A DNA stretch of 29,741 bases from Planctomycetota bacterium (GTDB lineage: Bacteria; Planctomycetota; UBA8108; UBA1146): contig JAYZBV010000020.1 in NCBI GenBank assembly GCA_036338595.1, positions 1 through 29,741 on the forward strand. The letters are read 5' to 3'. The position numbers and the translations under genes were made by a program. This document shows, in pieces, positions 19,133-28,130 of this stretch. Position 1 is the first letter of the stretch. Each line of letters starts with the position of its first letter. The notes below the pieces were generated by a model. That model was not told the DNA's origin and did no database searches. It saw only the letters and a program-made list of their open reading frames with translations.

Positions 19133-20578
19133 ATGACCGCGGAACAACGCTGGCAAGAATTACGAGCAGCCATCTCCTCGATCATCGGTGATGATCAGAT
19201 GGCGCGCTGGTTCGGTCAGATCACTGCCGACAGCGTTGAGGACGGAGTTCTACGACTTCATGTCGAGAGCAAGTTCACCCTCGACAGGATCGGCAACAGT
19301 TTCGGTTCCATCCTTGACCGAGAAGCGATGAAACTTGGGTTGGAATCGGTTCGCATGCAGGTGCACTTGGTTCCTCACGCTGCCGGTGCCACGGCGACGG
19401 GTGCCCATGACGATGCTCTCACCCGGCAACCGGGTCTGCTGGACCTGATCCAGCATCGACCGAGCGAGGATCACCGGGTCAATACTGAACTGACTGGTAG
19501 TGGGCCGATCGGGACAGCCAGCAGTTCGGGCACCGATGCCCTGACGTCCATCGAGAGGTCGCCCAAGGGGCTGCGCAAGGATCACACCCTCGATCGATTT
19601 GTCGTCGGACAGGCGAACAGGGTCGCTCACGCGGCTGCACTCGAGGTGCTGCGGACACCTGGATTCTCCTTCAATCCCCTCTTCCTGCACGGGGGCAGCG
19701 GCCTTGGCAAGACCCATCTCCTGCAGGCGATCACGCGGCAGTTCTTCATCCAGGGTGAGCGAAGGATGCGCTATGTTCCTGCGGAGTACTTCGTGTATCA
19801 GTTTGTCAGGGCGATTCGACAAAAGAATTTGCCGCAATTCAGGCGCAGTTTTCGTGAGTTGAAGGTTCTTGCCATCGACGACATCCAGGCTTTCGTGGGA
19901 AAACGCAGCAGCCAGCAGGAGCTCCTCGAAACGGTCGATGCCATCGCACAGCACGGGGGGCAGGTGCTGCTCGCTTGCGATGTCCCACCTCGAAAACTGG
20001 ATCAGTTGCATCAACAATTACAGAACCGTTTCGCCGCAGGACTGGTCGTGCTCGTCGACGCTCCAGATCATCCGACTCGCGTCTCGATCTTGCGACAGGA
20101 AGTCCTACGAGGTGGTGTCGCTGTCCCTGAAGATGTGATCCAGCACATCGCAGATGAGGTCCGTCACAGCGTGCGTGAATTGCTCGGTACCCTGGTTCGT
20201 GTCGTTGCGGAGTGTGAGTTGAAGGGGAATCAGGTCAGCCTGCAGCAGACCCGAGCGATTCTGGAGCCGATCGCCGCAACTCTGAAGAGAAGGATCTCTA
20301 TCGATTGCATCGTCGAGAGGGTTGCCATCCGATGGGGCCTTCCACCTGAGGAGATCTTGTCCCGGTCCCGAACTCGTAACACCTCCATGGCACGCAATGT
20401 GGCGACTTACCTGGCGCGCATACTGACCGATTACTCGCTCGTTGAGATCGGAGAGCAACTGGGAGCTCGTTCTCATTCGAGCGTCAGCAGTTCGTGTCGA
20501 AAAATTCAGGGTTTGATCTCTGCCGACGCAGCGCTTCGTGATCAGGTCGAGATCCTGCTGCGGGATCTGCGCTGCTGA
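19133..20578 (+). CDS. dnaA: Chromosomal replication initiator DnaA, divergent (probable second paralog)
   Basis: Domain I W...WF pattern, FVVGQANRVAHAAA, NPLFLHGGSGLGKTHL, AIDDIQ, NRFAAGL, SVRELLG, domain IV ARNVATYLARILTDYSLVEIG. Start uncertain (19133, 19106 or 19067). Confidence 0.9.
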   Translation: MTAEQRWQELRAAISSIIGDDQMARWFGQITADSVEDGVLRLHVESKFTLDRIGNSFGSILDREAMKLGLESVRMQVHLVPHAAGATATGAHDDALTRQPGLLDLIQHRPSEDHRVNTELTGSGPIGTASSSGTDALTSIERSPKGLRKDHTLDRFVVGQANRVAHAAALEVLRTPGFSFNPLFLHGGSGLGKTHLLQAITRQFFIQGERRMRYVPAEYFVYQFVRAIRQKNLPQFRRSFRELKVLAIDDIQAFVGKRSSQQELLETVDAIAQHGGQVLLACDVPPRKLDQLHQQLQNRFAAGLVVLVDAPDHPTRVSILRQEVLRGGVAVPEDVIQHIADEVRHSVRELLGTLVRVVAECELKGNQVSLQQTRAILEPIAATLKRRISIDCIVERVAIRWGLPPEEILSRSRTRNTSMARNVATYLARILTDYSLVEIGEQLGARSHSSVSSSCRKIQGLISADAALRDQVEILLRDLRC

Positions 20579-20593
20579 GCATCTGGAGGCTCG

Positions 20594-22696
20594 ATGGACG
20601 AGGCGACTCCTGACCCCGAATCCTCGCCCGGTTCGACACCCCTTCCACGAACTGCCGGGGCTGCTGGTGGAGAACCATTACTGCTGCCGTTGCTGAGACT
20701 CCAGGGCATCGGTCCTGCAACGGCCCAGAGATTCGAACGGCTTGGTCTGACAACCGTTGGAGATCTGCTGCATCACTTCCCATCCAGGCACGAAGATCTC
20801 GTGATCCACGGCAACATCGGCGATGTCCCCGATGGAGCTCGTCGTAGCATCTTTGGCACCATCGAGGAAGCTGCCATCTGGATCCCATCAGGTCGAGGAA
20901 GGTGGGAGGCACATCTGACTCCGGAGGACGAACCCGATCAGCGCGTGACGTTGCACTGGTTCACCTCGGGTCGCTATCGACCCCCGGTCAGTGCGAAGTG
21001 GCAGGGGTGGATCACTGGTGCTTTGCGACGCTTCGGAACCCCGGTGATGGCGCACCCCAGCATGTCTCGCTGTGTCACCAGAGAACCGGTTCCAGCCGGG
21101 CATGGTCAAATCGTAGGGGTGTATCCCTCCACCGATGGGCTGTCGCAGGGATTGATCCGACGGGCAGTCGAGCAGATCCTCGATCAGATACCCCTGGAAC
21201 TCGATGCTCCGCTTCCTTCGATCATCGGCACCGATCGTACCTTACTGAGCATCTACTCCGGGTTTCATCGGCCGACCAGTTCGGCGCAGTGCGAGGTGTG
21301 TCGGTCTCAACTGGCTCGCATGGAGTTGTATCTTCATGCGATCCGTCAGGCGAAGACTCGTGCAATTCGCCAGGCCAGAAGCATCCCACCGATTGAGGTC
21401 AGTCCCGAGCTGGAGCAGCGGATACTGGCGCGAATCCCGTATTCACTCACCGATGCGCAGAATCGTGTCGTGGCAGAGATTCGCACCGATCTCGCTGCTG
21501 GATTTCCGATGGCACGCCTCGTCCAGGGCGATGTGGGTAGTGGAAAGACGGCAGTGGCCATCTGGGCCGTGCTTGCGGTGGCTGCTTCCGGTCGGCAGTC
21601 GGTACTGATCGCTCCTACAACTTCTCTTGCCGACCAGCATCGAGAAACGTTGCAGCGATACCTGGCAGGATCCCGTGTTCAGGTGGCCGAGGTCATCACT
21701 GGAGCCTCTGCAGAGGTGAAGCATGCCGTCGCCAGTGGTGAAGCGAAGATTGTCATCGGCACCACTGCACTTCTTTCAGAGTCGGTGCAGTTCGATGATC
21801 TGGCACTGGTCGTGGTCGACGAGGAGCAACGCTTCGGAGTTCAGCAGCGCCAGGAACTGGCGATGAAGGGAGAAGATACCCACCGGCTACATCTGAGTGC
21901 GACACCGATCCCACGATCGCTGGCTCTCGCTCTGCGAGGAGAATTTGATCTGTCTCGCATCGACGAGAGACCGCCAGGACGACCGCCGGTTCAGACGCGC
22001 TGGGTGGCCAGCGAGAAATTGAACGACGCTCTGGAGTTTCTGGTCAAGGAGACCAGAGTGGGTCACCGGGTCATGTTCGTGGTGCCGCGCATCGAAGATG
22101 GAGGAGAGGATGATCCGATCGGCGTCGAGCAGTTGAGGTCCAGGCTACAGCAGACGGTTCTGGCCACAGTGGGAATATCTACCTTGCACGGTGGGCTCTC
22201 TCTCGAGGAGAGGAACCAGCGATTGAAACGGTTCCGTGACGGCGGAACTCCGGTGCTGGTAGCCACCAGTATCGTCGAGGTGGGCCTCGATGTCCCTGAA
22301 CTGACGGTGGTCTGGATCGAGGGGGCGGAGCGATTCGGGCTGGCTCAACTGCACCAGATGAGAGGTCGAGTGGGTCGCAGCGATCGCGAATCCTGGTGTT
22401 TCTTCAGCGCCGAGCCGACATCGGACGAGGCCGCCGAGCGGCTCCAGGCCTTCGTCGAGGAGGCTGACGGGTTCCTGCTGGCAGAGAAGGATCTGTTGAT
22501 CCGGGGTGGTGGAGACGCCGAGGGTGAGCGCCAGAGCGGACGCAGTGAGTTCCTGCTGGCCCGGCCGCTGCAGGATCTGCACGCTTTCCAGGCCCTCTCC
22601 GAGGCCGCTGCCGAGCGACTTCGAGCAGGGGACAAGGCGCCTGAGGGGCCACTGCTCGGCCGATTGGGCAGGTATCTTGGACCGGGAATCAACTGA
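20594..22696 (+). CDS. recG: ATP-dependent DNA helicase RecG
   Basis: LQGIGP...LGLTTVGDLLHHFP, VGVYPSTDGL, MARLVQGDVGSGKT, SATPIPRSL, AERFGLAQLHQMRGRVGR, DGFLLAEKDLLIRG, QSG. GGAGG RBS. Confidence 0.95.
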   Translation: MDEATPDPESSPGSTPLPRTAGAAGGEPLLLPLLRLQGIGPATAQRFERLGLTTVGDLLHHFPSRHEDLVIHGNIGDVPDGARRSIFGTIEEAAIWIPSGRGRWEAHLTPEDEPDQRVTLHWFTSGRYRPPVSAKWQGWITGALRRFGTPVMAHPSMSRCVTREPVPAGHGQIVGVYPSTDGLSQGLIRRAVEQILDQIPLELDAPLPSIIGTDRTLLSIYSGFHRPTSSAQCEVCRSQLARMELYLHAIRQAKTRAIRQARSIPPIEVSPELEQRILARIPYSLTDAQNRVVAEIRTDLAAGFPMARLVQGDVGSGKTAVAIWAVLAVAASGRQSVLIAPTTSLADQHRETLQRYLAGSRVQVAEVITGASAEVKHAVASGEAKIVIGTTALLSESVQFDDLALVVVDEEQRFGVQQRQELAMKGEDTHRLHLSATPIPRSLALALRGEFDLSRIDERPPGRPPVQTRWVASEKLNDALEFLVKETRVGHRVMFVVPRIEDGGEDDPIGVEQLRSRLQQTVLATVGISTLHGGLSLEERNQRLKRFRDGGTPVLVATSIVEVGLDVPELTVVWIEGAERFGLAQLHQMRGRVGRSDRESWCFFSAEPTSDEAAERLQAFVEEADGFLLAEKDLLIRGGGDAEGERQSGRSEFLLARPLQDLHAFQALSEAAAERLRAGDKAPEGPLLGRLGRYLGPGIN

Positions 22697-22725
22697 TCCG
22701 GCTCCGGTCTGAAACTGACGACCCC

Positions 22726-22753
22726 TTGCCGGGCCTCAGCAGGGGGCTACAAT
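22726..22753 (+). promoter_or_regulatory. Sigma70-type promoter overlapping a hairpin after recG
   Basis: TTGCCG-16 nt-TACAAT; CCCCTTGC/GCAGGGGG inverted repeat over the same bases. Confidence 0.5.
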
Positions 22754-22760
22754 CCTGATC

Positions 22761-22952
22761 TAGCTTGATCGTGCCCGATCCAGGCCTTTCGTGCTGATCT
22801 GTTTCCCGGGAGTCCATCCGAGAAACCTCGCCGGGAGTATTGAATCTCCAGGCTACCTGGCCGTCATCGATGAGGGATCATCAGTGTGGGGTCGGAGAGA
22901 TCAGGTTGCCTTTGCCAGCGGATCGTTCGATCCTGCGTAGGTGATCGAGTTG
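22761..22952 (+). ncRNA. Candidate structured RNA or 5' leader
   Basis: Starts at the predicted TSS. The ends pair over 11 bp (4 G-U), with nested helices 22776-81/22920-25 and 22794-800/22898-904. Family not recognised. Confidence 0.3.
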
Positions 22953-22980
22953 TAGAGACTGCGACAGGAAAGGAATCTTC

Positions 22981-23373
22981 ATGATGCAGAACACAAACCT
23001 GCAGCCAGCAACATCCTCGGAACCACGTGGGAGCCGCTTCTGGCTCGCATTGGTGCTGGGGATCTCTCTCGGTGCAAACATTGTTTTCCTGCTGGTTCAG
23101 CCTCCTTCACAGGATGTGGCGTTCGGTCAGGACTCGGGAGCTAGCAACGGATTCATCATGTGTCCCTTTGTGATGCAAGGCAAAGGTCAGGCAGAGGGAA
23201 TTGCCATTCTGGATACCAATGCCAAGAGATTGTGGACCGGGTACGAAACCGGAAACGGATTGTACATCAACAGTGTTCGTGACATTTCTTACGACCTGGT
23301 ACCTGTGATGTTTTCCGCCAAGGGCAAGCAAAAGCCCACTGTTGAAGAGATGAAGAAAGCCGGTCGCAATTAG
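22981..23373 (+). CDS. Hypothetical exported or membrane-anchored protein
   Basis: AGGAAAGGA RBS; hydrophobic segment FWLALVLGISLGANIVFLLV with possible AFG|Q cleavage; small beta-rich domain ending VRDISYDL. Confidence 0.75.
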   Translation: MMQNTNLQPATSSEPRGSRFWLALVLGISLGANIVFLLVQPPSQDVAFGQDSGASNGFIMCPFVMQGKGQAEGIAILDTNAKRLWTGYETGNGLYINSVRDISYDLVPVMFSAKGKQKPTVEEMKKAGRN

Positions 23374-23401
23374 CGAGGCTTCCAAGGGAGGGTTCGAATC
23401 G

Positions 23402-24049
23402 ATGTCTGATCGTATGAATTTTGACCAGGCGGCAGCAATGCTCGGAATCTCTGCAGATGAACTGCAGGGACTCGTGAGCAATCAAGAGATCCGCGCCGAG
23501 CATGATGGCGGTGAGGTGGTATTCCGTCAGGAAGACCTTGAATCGTTCCAGAAAAGCCGCTCAACCGAACCTACGGTGGTGCTCTCGGAGTCCACCGAGG
23601 GATTGCTCGATGATGGAGGCCTCGAACTGGAGGACCTCTCGACAGAGGAGACCGTGCTCAATATCGAGGGACTCCTCGAGGATGATGGCGGGGATGGAAT
23701 CCTGGAGGGGGAAGTGGAACTGGACCTCGGCGGGGTCGGTGATGAAACCGTACTCGATACCGACGAACTGTCCTTCGACGACTCCTTCGATTTTTCAGAT
23801 GACGAGACCGTGGGTGAAACAGGAGCCGATGATCTGCTGCTCTCCGGAGCCACCGAGATGCAGCTCGTCCGCAAGAAGCCTGCGACTGCGATGACGGTCC
23901 TGCTCGCCCTGACGTTGCTCCTGATGCTGGTGCCAACCGCTGTGTTACTCAACCTGATCAACGGAGATGGTAGTTTTCCAGCCTGGGCATCGGAGTCAGC
24001 AGTCGGGTTCATGAATGGGCTTGTCGAGGCGGTGGTCGGGGCCTTCTGA
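23402..24049 (+). CDS. Excisionase/MerR-like (HTH_17-type) domain, acidic linker and C-terminal TM protein
   Basis: GGGAGG RBS; MNFDQAAAMLGISADELQGLVSNQEIRA...VVFRQEDLESF; D/E-rich middle; TM VLLALTLLLMLVPTAVLL. Confidence 0.85.
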   Translation: MSDRMNFDQAAAMLGISADELQGLVSNQEIRAEHDGGEVVFRQEDLESFQKSRSTEPTVVLSESTEGLLDDGGLELEDLSTEETVLNIEGLLEDDGGDGILEGEVELDLGGVGDETVLDTDELSFDDSFDFSDDETVGETGADDLLLSGATEMQLVRKKPATAMTVLLALTLLLMLVPTAVLLNLINGDGSFPAWASESAVGFMNGLVEAVVGAF

Positions 24050-24072
24050 TCGATCGCCCTCCGTGGTACGAC

Positions 24073-24116
24073 TGAAATCCGGCTCCAGGACCCTGAGGGT
24101 CCTGGAGCCGATTTCA
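24073..24116 (+). terminator. Strong hairpin, probable terminator
   Basis: 14-bp perfect inverted repeat CGGCTCCAGGACCC-TGA-GGGTCCTGGAGCCG, extended by TGAAAT/ATTTCA. Confidence 0.65.
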
Positions 24117-24287
24117 ATTCGATTCAGATGGGCCGGATGGTGTTTACATCGGGGGTTGAAAAGCGAAGCGGTAGAAATCGACCCAGCACTTTCTTCGCAG
24201 TGGGCTCCGTGGCACACTGTGCCGAACCGGGGGGCCGCGATCGAGTGGAGCCTACCCCCGATCGGCTCCTGAAAGGACCTCTGCACG

Positions 24288-25037
24288 ATGAACTCCAGTC
24301 CCATATTCCTGCGTGACTTCCGCTTCGCCATCCTGGTTGTGCTGGTACCTCTCTTCTTCTGTTCCTGCGTTCCTTATGTGAAATACGAAGATGTGGCTTC
24401 TCGATTGAAACGGGCGAACCGTGTCAATACTGATATGGAGAAGCGATTGAAGGATTCGCAGTTGACCGGGTTCCAGGGGGATGCGCAGTTGCAGCGTGCC
24501 ACGGCAAAGATCGAGTCGCTGGAATCAGAAGTGGCAGGATTGACCCAGGAGCGTGATGTGTTGCAGCAATCCAACGCATCCCTTCAACAAACCATCCATG
24601 ATGTCCCGAAAGTGATTATCTCCACCGAACAGTTCTCGCCACAGGTCAGGACCAATCCTGAAACCGGTGGGCTGATGCTCCCTGATGATGTGTTGTTTGA
24701 TAAGGGACGCAGTGGGCTACGGAAGCAGGGTAAGCAGGTCATCGCCGAACTGGTGGCACTGATCCAGCGCGACTATTCAGATAGGATCATCTTCATCGAT
24801 GGTCATACCGATAACACTCCCATCCAGAAGTCGAAGAATGCAGACAACTGGGAGTTGGGTGCCAAGCGAGCTCACGCCGTCTTCCTGGAGTTTGCCAAGC
24901 TCGGAGTGAAAAAGTCCCTGATGAGTTTGACCTCGAACGGTTGGGCCAAGCCGGTGCCGGGTGTAGATCCCGATACCGAGGCGGGACGCTCGCAGTGTCG
25001 AAGAGTAGAGATTCGAATCGGTGCTGCTTCGGAGTGA
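24288..25037 (+). CDS. OmpA/MotB-family peptidoglycan-binding protein, probable lipoprotein
   Basis: AAGGA RBS; lipobox-like FCS|C; coiled coil; DVLFDKG, IDGHTDNTPI, NWELGAKRA, RRVEI. Confidence 0.88.
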   Translation: MNSSPIFLRDFRFAILVVLVPLFFCSCVPYVKYEDVASRLKRANRVNTDMEKRLKDSQLTGFQGDAQLQRATAKIESLESEVAGLTQERDVLQQSNASLQQTIHDVPKVIISTEQFSPQVRTNPETGGLMLPDDVLFDKGRSGLRKQGKQVIAELVALIQRDYSDRIIFIDGHTDNTPIQKSKNADNWELGAKRAHAVFLEFAKLGVKKSLMSLTSNGWAKPVPGVDPDTEAGRSQCRRVEIRIGAASE

Positions 25038-25097
25038 TCACCCCGGTTGCCCGCATCGAACGGGTGATACGCGATCATCCAGCGATACGGACATCCC

Positions 25098-25126
25098 TAA
25101 ATACAGTGATCCATAAATACAGTGAT
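25098..25126. repeat. 13-bp direct repeat, period 16
   Basis: TAAATACAGTGAT at 25098-25110 and 25114-25126. Confidence 0.85.
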
Positions 25127-25173
25127 TCTCCATCCAGAGTTCAGAACATCATCCGAGAGAAGCAGGGCTAGCG

Positions 25174-26037
25174 ATGACTGACCCCGCGTCTCTTTTTTCT
25201 CGTCAAAGGGTCCTCGACGATCTGCGCCTGCTGGGCTTTCGATTCCATCAGAAGCGAGGCCAGAATTTCCTTTTCGATTCCAATCTGCTCCAGGCACTGG
25301 TGCGTGATTCCACGGTCGAGAAGGGGGATCGGGTGCTGGAGGTCGGGCCAGGCGCCGGCACCCTGACCCGGGTGCTGCTCGATCGAGGCTGCCAGGTGAC
25401 CTCCGTGGAACTGGACAGGATCCTGTGCCAGTACCTGAGGGATCGCCCGGATCTGGCTCCTCTGCACCTGATCGAGGGGGATGTCCTGGAGACGAAGAAC
25501 CGCCTCTCCCGTGCGCTGCTGGAGCGGCTGGACCTCGATAGTGGGGCTGAGGGGGATGATGGATTCCATCTGGTCGCGAATCTGCCTTACTCCATCGCCG
25601 CTCCTCTGGTCGCCATGCTCGTCGCCCAGCGCTCCGATCTGAAGAGTATCGGGGTTCTGGTTCAGAAGGAGATGGCGGTCCGGTGGGTGGCCAGGCCCGG
25701 AACTCGCGAATATGGCACGACCACCGTGCTGCTGGCGCTATCAGGAGAGGGCAAGATCTCAAGAACGGTGCCGGCGCACGCCTTCGTGCCTCCACCGGCC
25801 GTGGAATCCTGCTTCTACACCTGGACCAGGGAGGTCAGCCGCCCGCCGATCCCGTCATCCCTGATGAGACTGATGCGCAGCTGTTTTCAACAGCGTCGAA
25901 AGACCCTGGGCAAGATACTCAAGGACCAGTTGGCGCACGATGATGGGTGGTGGCAGCAGCAGGATCTCGAGTCCACCATTCGCCCCGACCAGTTAACTCC
26001 ACAGCAATGGGCATCGCTGGCGTTGAGAATTGGCTAG
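25174..26037 (+). CDS. rsmA: 16S rRNA m6,2A dimethyltransferase KsgA
   Basis: KRGQNFL, VLEVGPGAGTLT, ELD, VANLPYSI, VQKEMA, AFVPPPAVES, FQQRRKTL. Confidence 0.96.
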   Translation: MTDPASLFSRQRVLDDLRLLGFRFHQKRGQNFLFDSNLLQALVRDSTVEKGDRVLEVGPGAGTLTRVLLDRGCQVTSVELDRILCQYLRDRPDLAPLHLIEGDVLETKNRLSRALLERLDLDSGAEGDDGFHLVANLPYSIAAPLVAMLVAQRSDLKSIGVLVQKEMAVRWVARPGTREYGTTTVLLALSGEGKISRTVPAHAFVPPPAVESCFYTWTREVSRPPIPSSLMRLMRSCFQQRRKTLGKILKDQLAHDDGWWQQQDLESTIRPDQLTPQQWASLALRIG

Positions 26038-26270
26038 GGCGTTCGGTACAGGTAGCGAAGCACCTTTCTCGACGGTATCATGTTGGCTTCGTCCAGTCCG
26101 GGTCCCCTCTGGGGAGGATTTCTCGCGCAACTGGCGACGCCATAGACGGCATCTTCTGTTTTCCCGATCAGTGAGCAGCAAATAATTGTGCCGATTCATC
26201 CGTGAGGTTGAGTCGCGCCTGAATTGGTCAGATCAGGCACCGGAAGACGCAGAATGGCGAGAGGATCAGG

Positions 26271-28116
26271 ATGTCGGGTATACCCATCGAGGACGAGCGA
26301 GAACGAATCCGCGATGCCAATCCGATTGAAGATGTTGTCGCAGAATACGTGGACCTCGTACGACGAGGAAATGTGTTCAAGGGTCTGTGCCCCTTCCATC
26401 CAGACTCGAACCCCTCGATGGATGTGAACCCTCAGCGTCAGACCTTTCGTTGCTGGTCGTGTGGTGAGCACGGGGACGTGTATTCCTTCATCCAGATGAT
26501 CGAGGGAGTAGAGTTTCCAGAAGCGAAACAAAAGTTGGCGGAGAGAGTGGGAATCGAAGTTCAGCAGTTCCGATCGGAGCGGGGACGCGAGCAGGAAAAC
26601 GAGCAAGATTTCAAAATTCTCGAGCGAGCCACCTCCTGGTTCCAGAGACAATTCCACTCGGAGACGGGTTCAGCAGCCAGATCCTACCTCCAATCGCGTG
26701 GCTTCAACGATTCCACACTCGACAGGTTTCGAATTGGTTATGCGCCTCCGGGATGGAGTCATCTCAACGACGATCTGGGATTGCTGGGAGACGAGGCAGC
26801 CGATGTCAGGCGAAGGGCATGTCAACTGGGGTTGCTGAAGGAGAAGGAAGGTGGCCGGTACTACGACGCCTTTCGAGATCGAATCATCTTTCCCATCCTC
26901 GATTATCGGCGGGAAAGAGTCATCGGGTTTGGTGGCCGTCACCTGGGCTCCACGGAGTTGGCTTCAGGCGATGCGCCGCCCAAGTACATCAACTCCCCGG
27001 AATCCAAGGTCTTCTCCAAGAAGCGGGTCCTGTACGGCCGCAGGGAGGGGCGATTGGAGATCAGCCGGGATCGCCGTGTGATCCTGTGCGAGGGGTACAC
27101 CGATGTGATGATGGCGCACCAGTGTGGATTTCCCACCGCAGTGGCGACGCTGGGGACCGCATTCACCGACGAGCATGTCACTGTTCTCAAGCGCCTGGTG
27201 ACAGCTGTTGACCTCATCCTTGACGGGGATGAAGCGGGGCAGATGGCAGCAGAGCGAGCTTGTGAGCGATTCATGGGAACTGGATTGGAGGTCCGTGTCG
27301 TCATCCTCGATGACGGGGTGGATCCTTGCGATTTGCTCCTCCAGGAGCAGGGGAAACAGCGCTTTGAGGGGCTACTGGAATCAGGAGTTGACCCCATCGA
27401 GTTCATTGTGAAGCAAATTCAGGATCGGCACCCGGGGCAGGGCGCCTCGACGGTACAGCAGATGATGGAGGAGATCTCGAGGGTAGTGCTCGATCCATAT
27501 CATGACCAACAGGTCGCTCTCGAGGCGGCAGCGGGCCAGGTGGCGCGGGTGATCGGGGTGACAGAACCGATGATCCTGGCGGATCATAGCAAGCTAGCGC
27601 AGCAGAGATCTCCACGGAGGATCACCTCGGTATCCTCGGAATCGACACAACGGTTGCGCCTCCCGGATGAGGAAGAGGCGATCCTGGTCGCGATGCTGAG
27701 AGACCCTGATCAGACGGAACTGCTGCTGAAACTCCGTCCCGCCGAGATGTGGGCAGATCCTCTCCGTCGATCGCTCGCGATCCGGATCGGGCAACTGGGG
27801 AGAACCCTCGATCCTGTCCACATCGAACATGACGACGAGAAGTCGCTCTACCTGGACCTGGTTGCGAGAGTCGACCGTGAGGACGAGATCACGACGGAGG
27901 ACGACAGGGAGTCCGATCGGTACAACACCTCCCTCGATCTCGTCAGGGCCTTCCTGATGGACATGAATGGTCGGTCGGGGCCTGGAAGGAAGGGCTCGCA
28001 ACGCACCATTGACATTAACAAGGCAATACAAAGCATGGATCTGGATCGAGAATCTCACCAGAACCCGTCGCTCTTGCTGCAAATAATCAATAAGTTTGAA
28101 GGGGGGGAACACGGCG

Positions 28117-28130
<14 letters not shown>
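26271..28130 (+). CDS. dnaG: DNA primase
   Basis: Zinc finger CPFH...[49 protein letters not shown]. Confidence 0.96.

Noticed and set aside
23402..23560. Prophage or integrative element implied by the excisionase-like HTH
   Set aside because: No integrase, att-like repeats or phage genes; the domain is fused to a TM protein in housekeeping context.
23527..24117. Ser-rich 196-aa minus-strand ORF
   Set aside because: Mirror of the GAR/GAY codons of the acidic linker on the plus strand.
25098..25126. LexA SOS box
   Set aside because: Only the right half (ATACAG) is present, with no CTG at the proper spacing.
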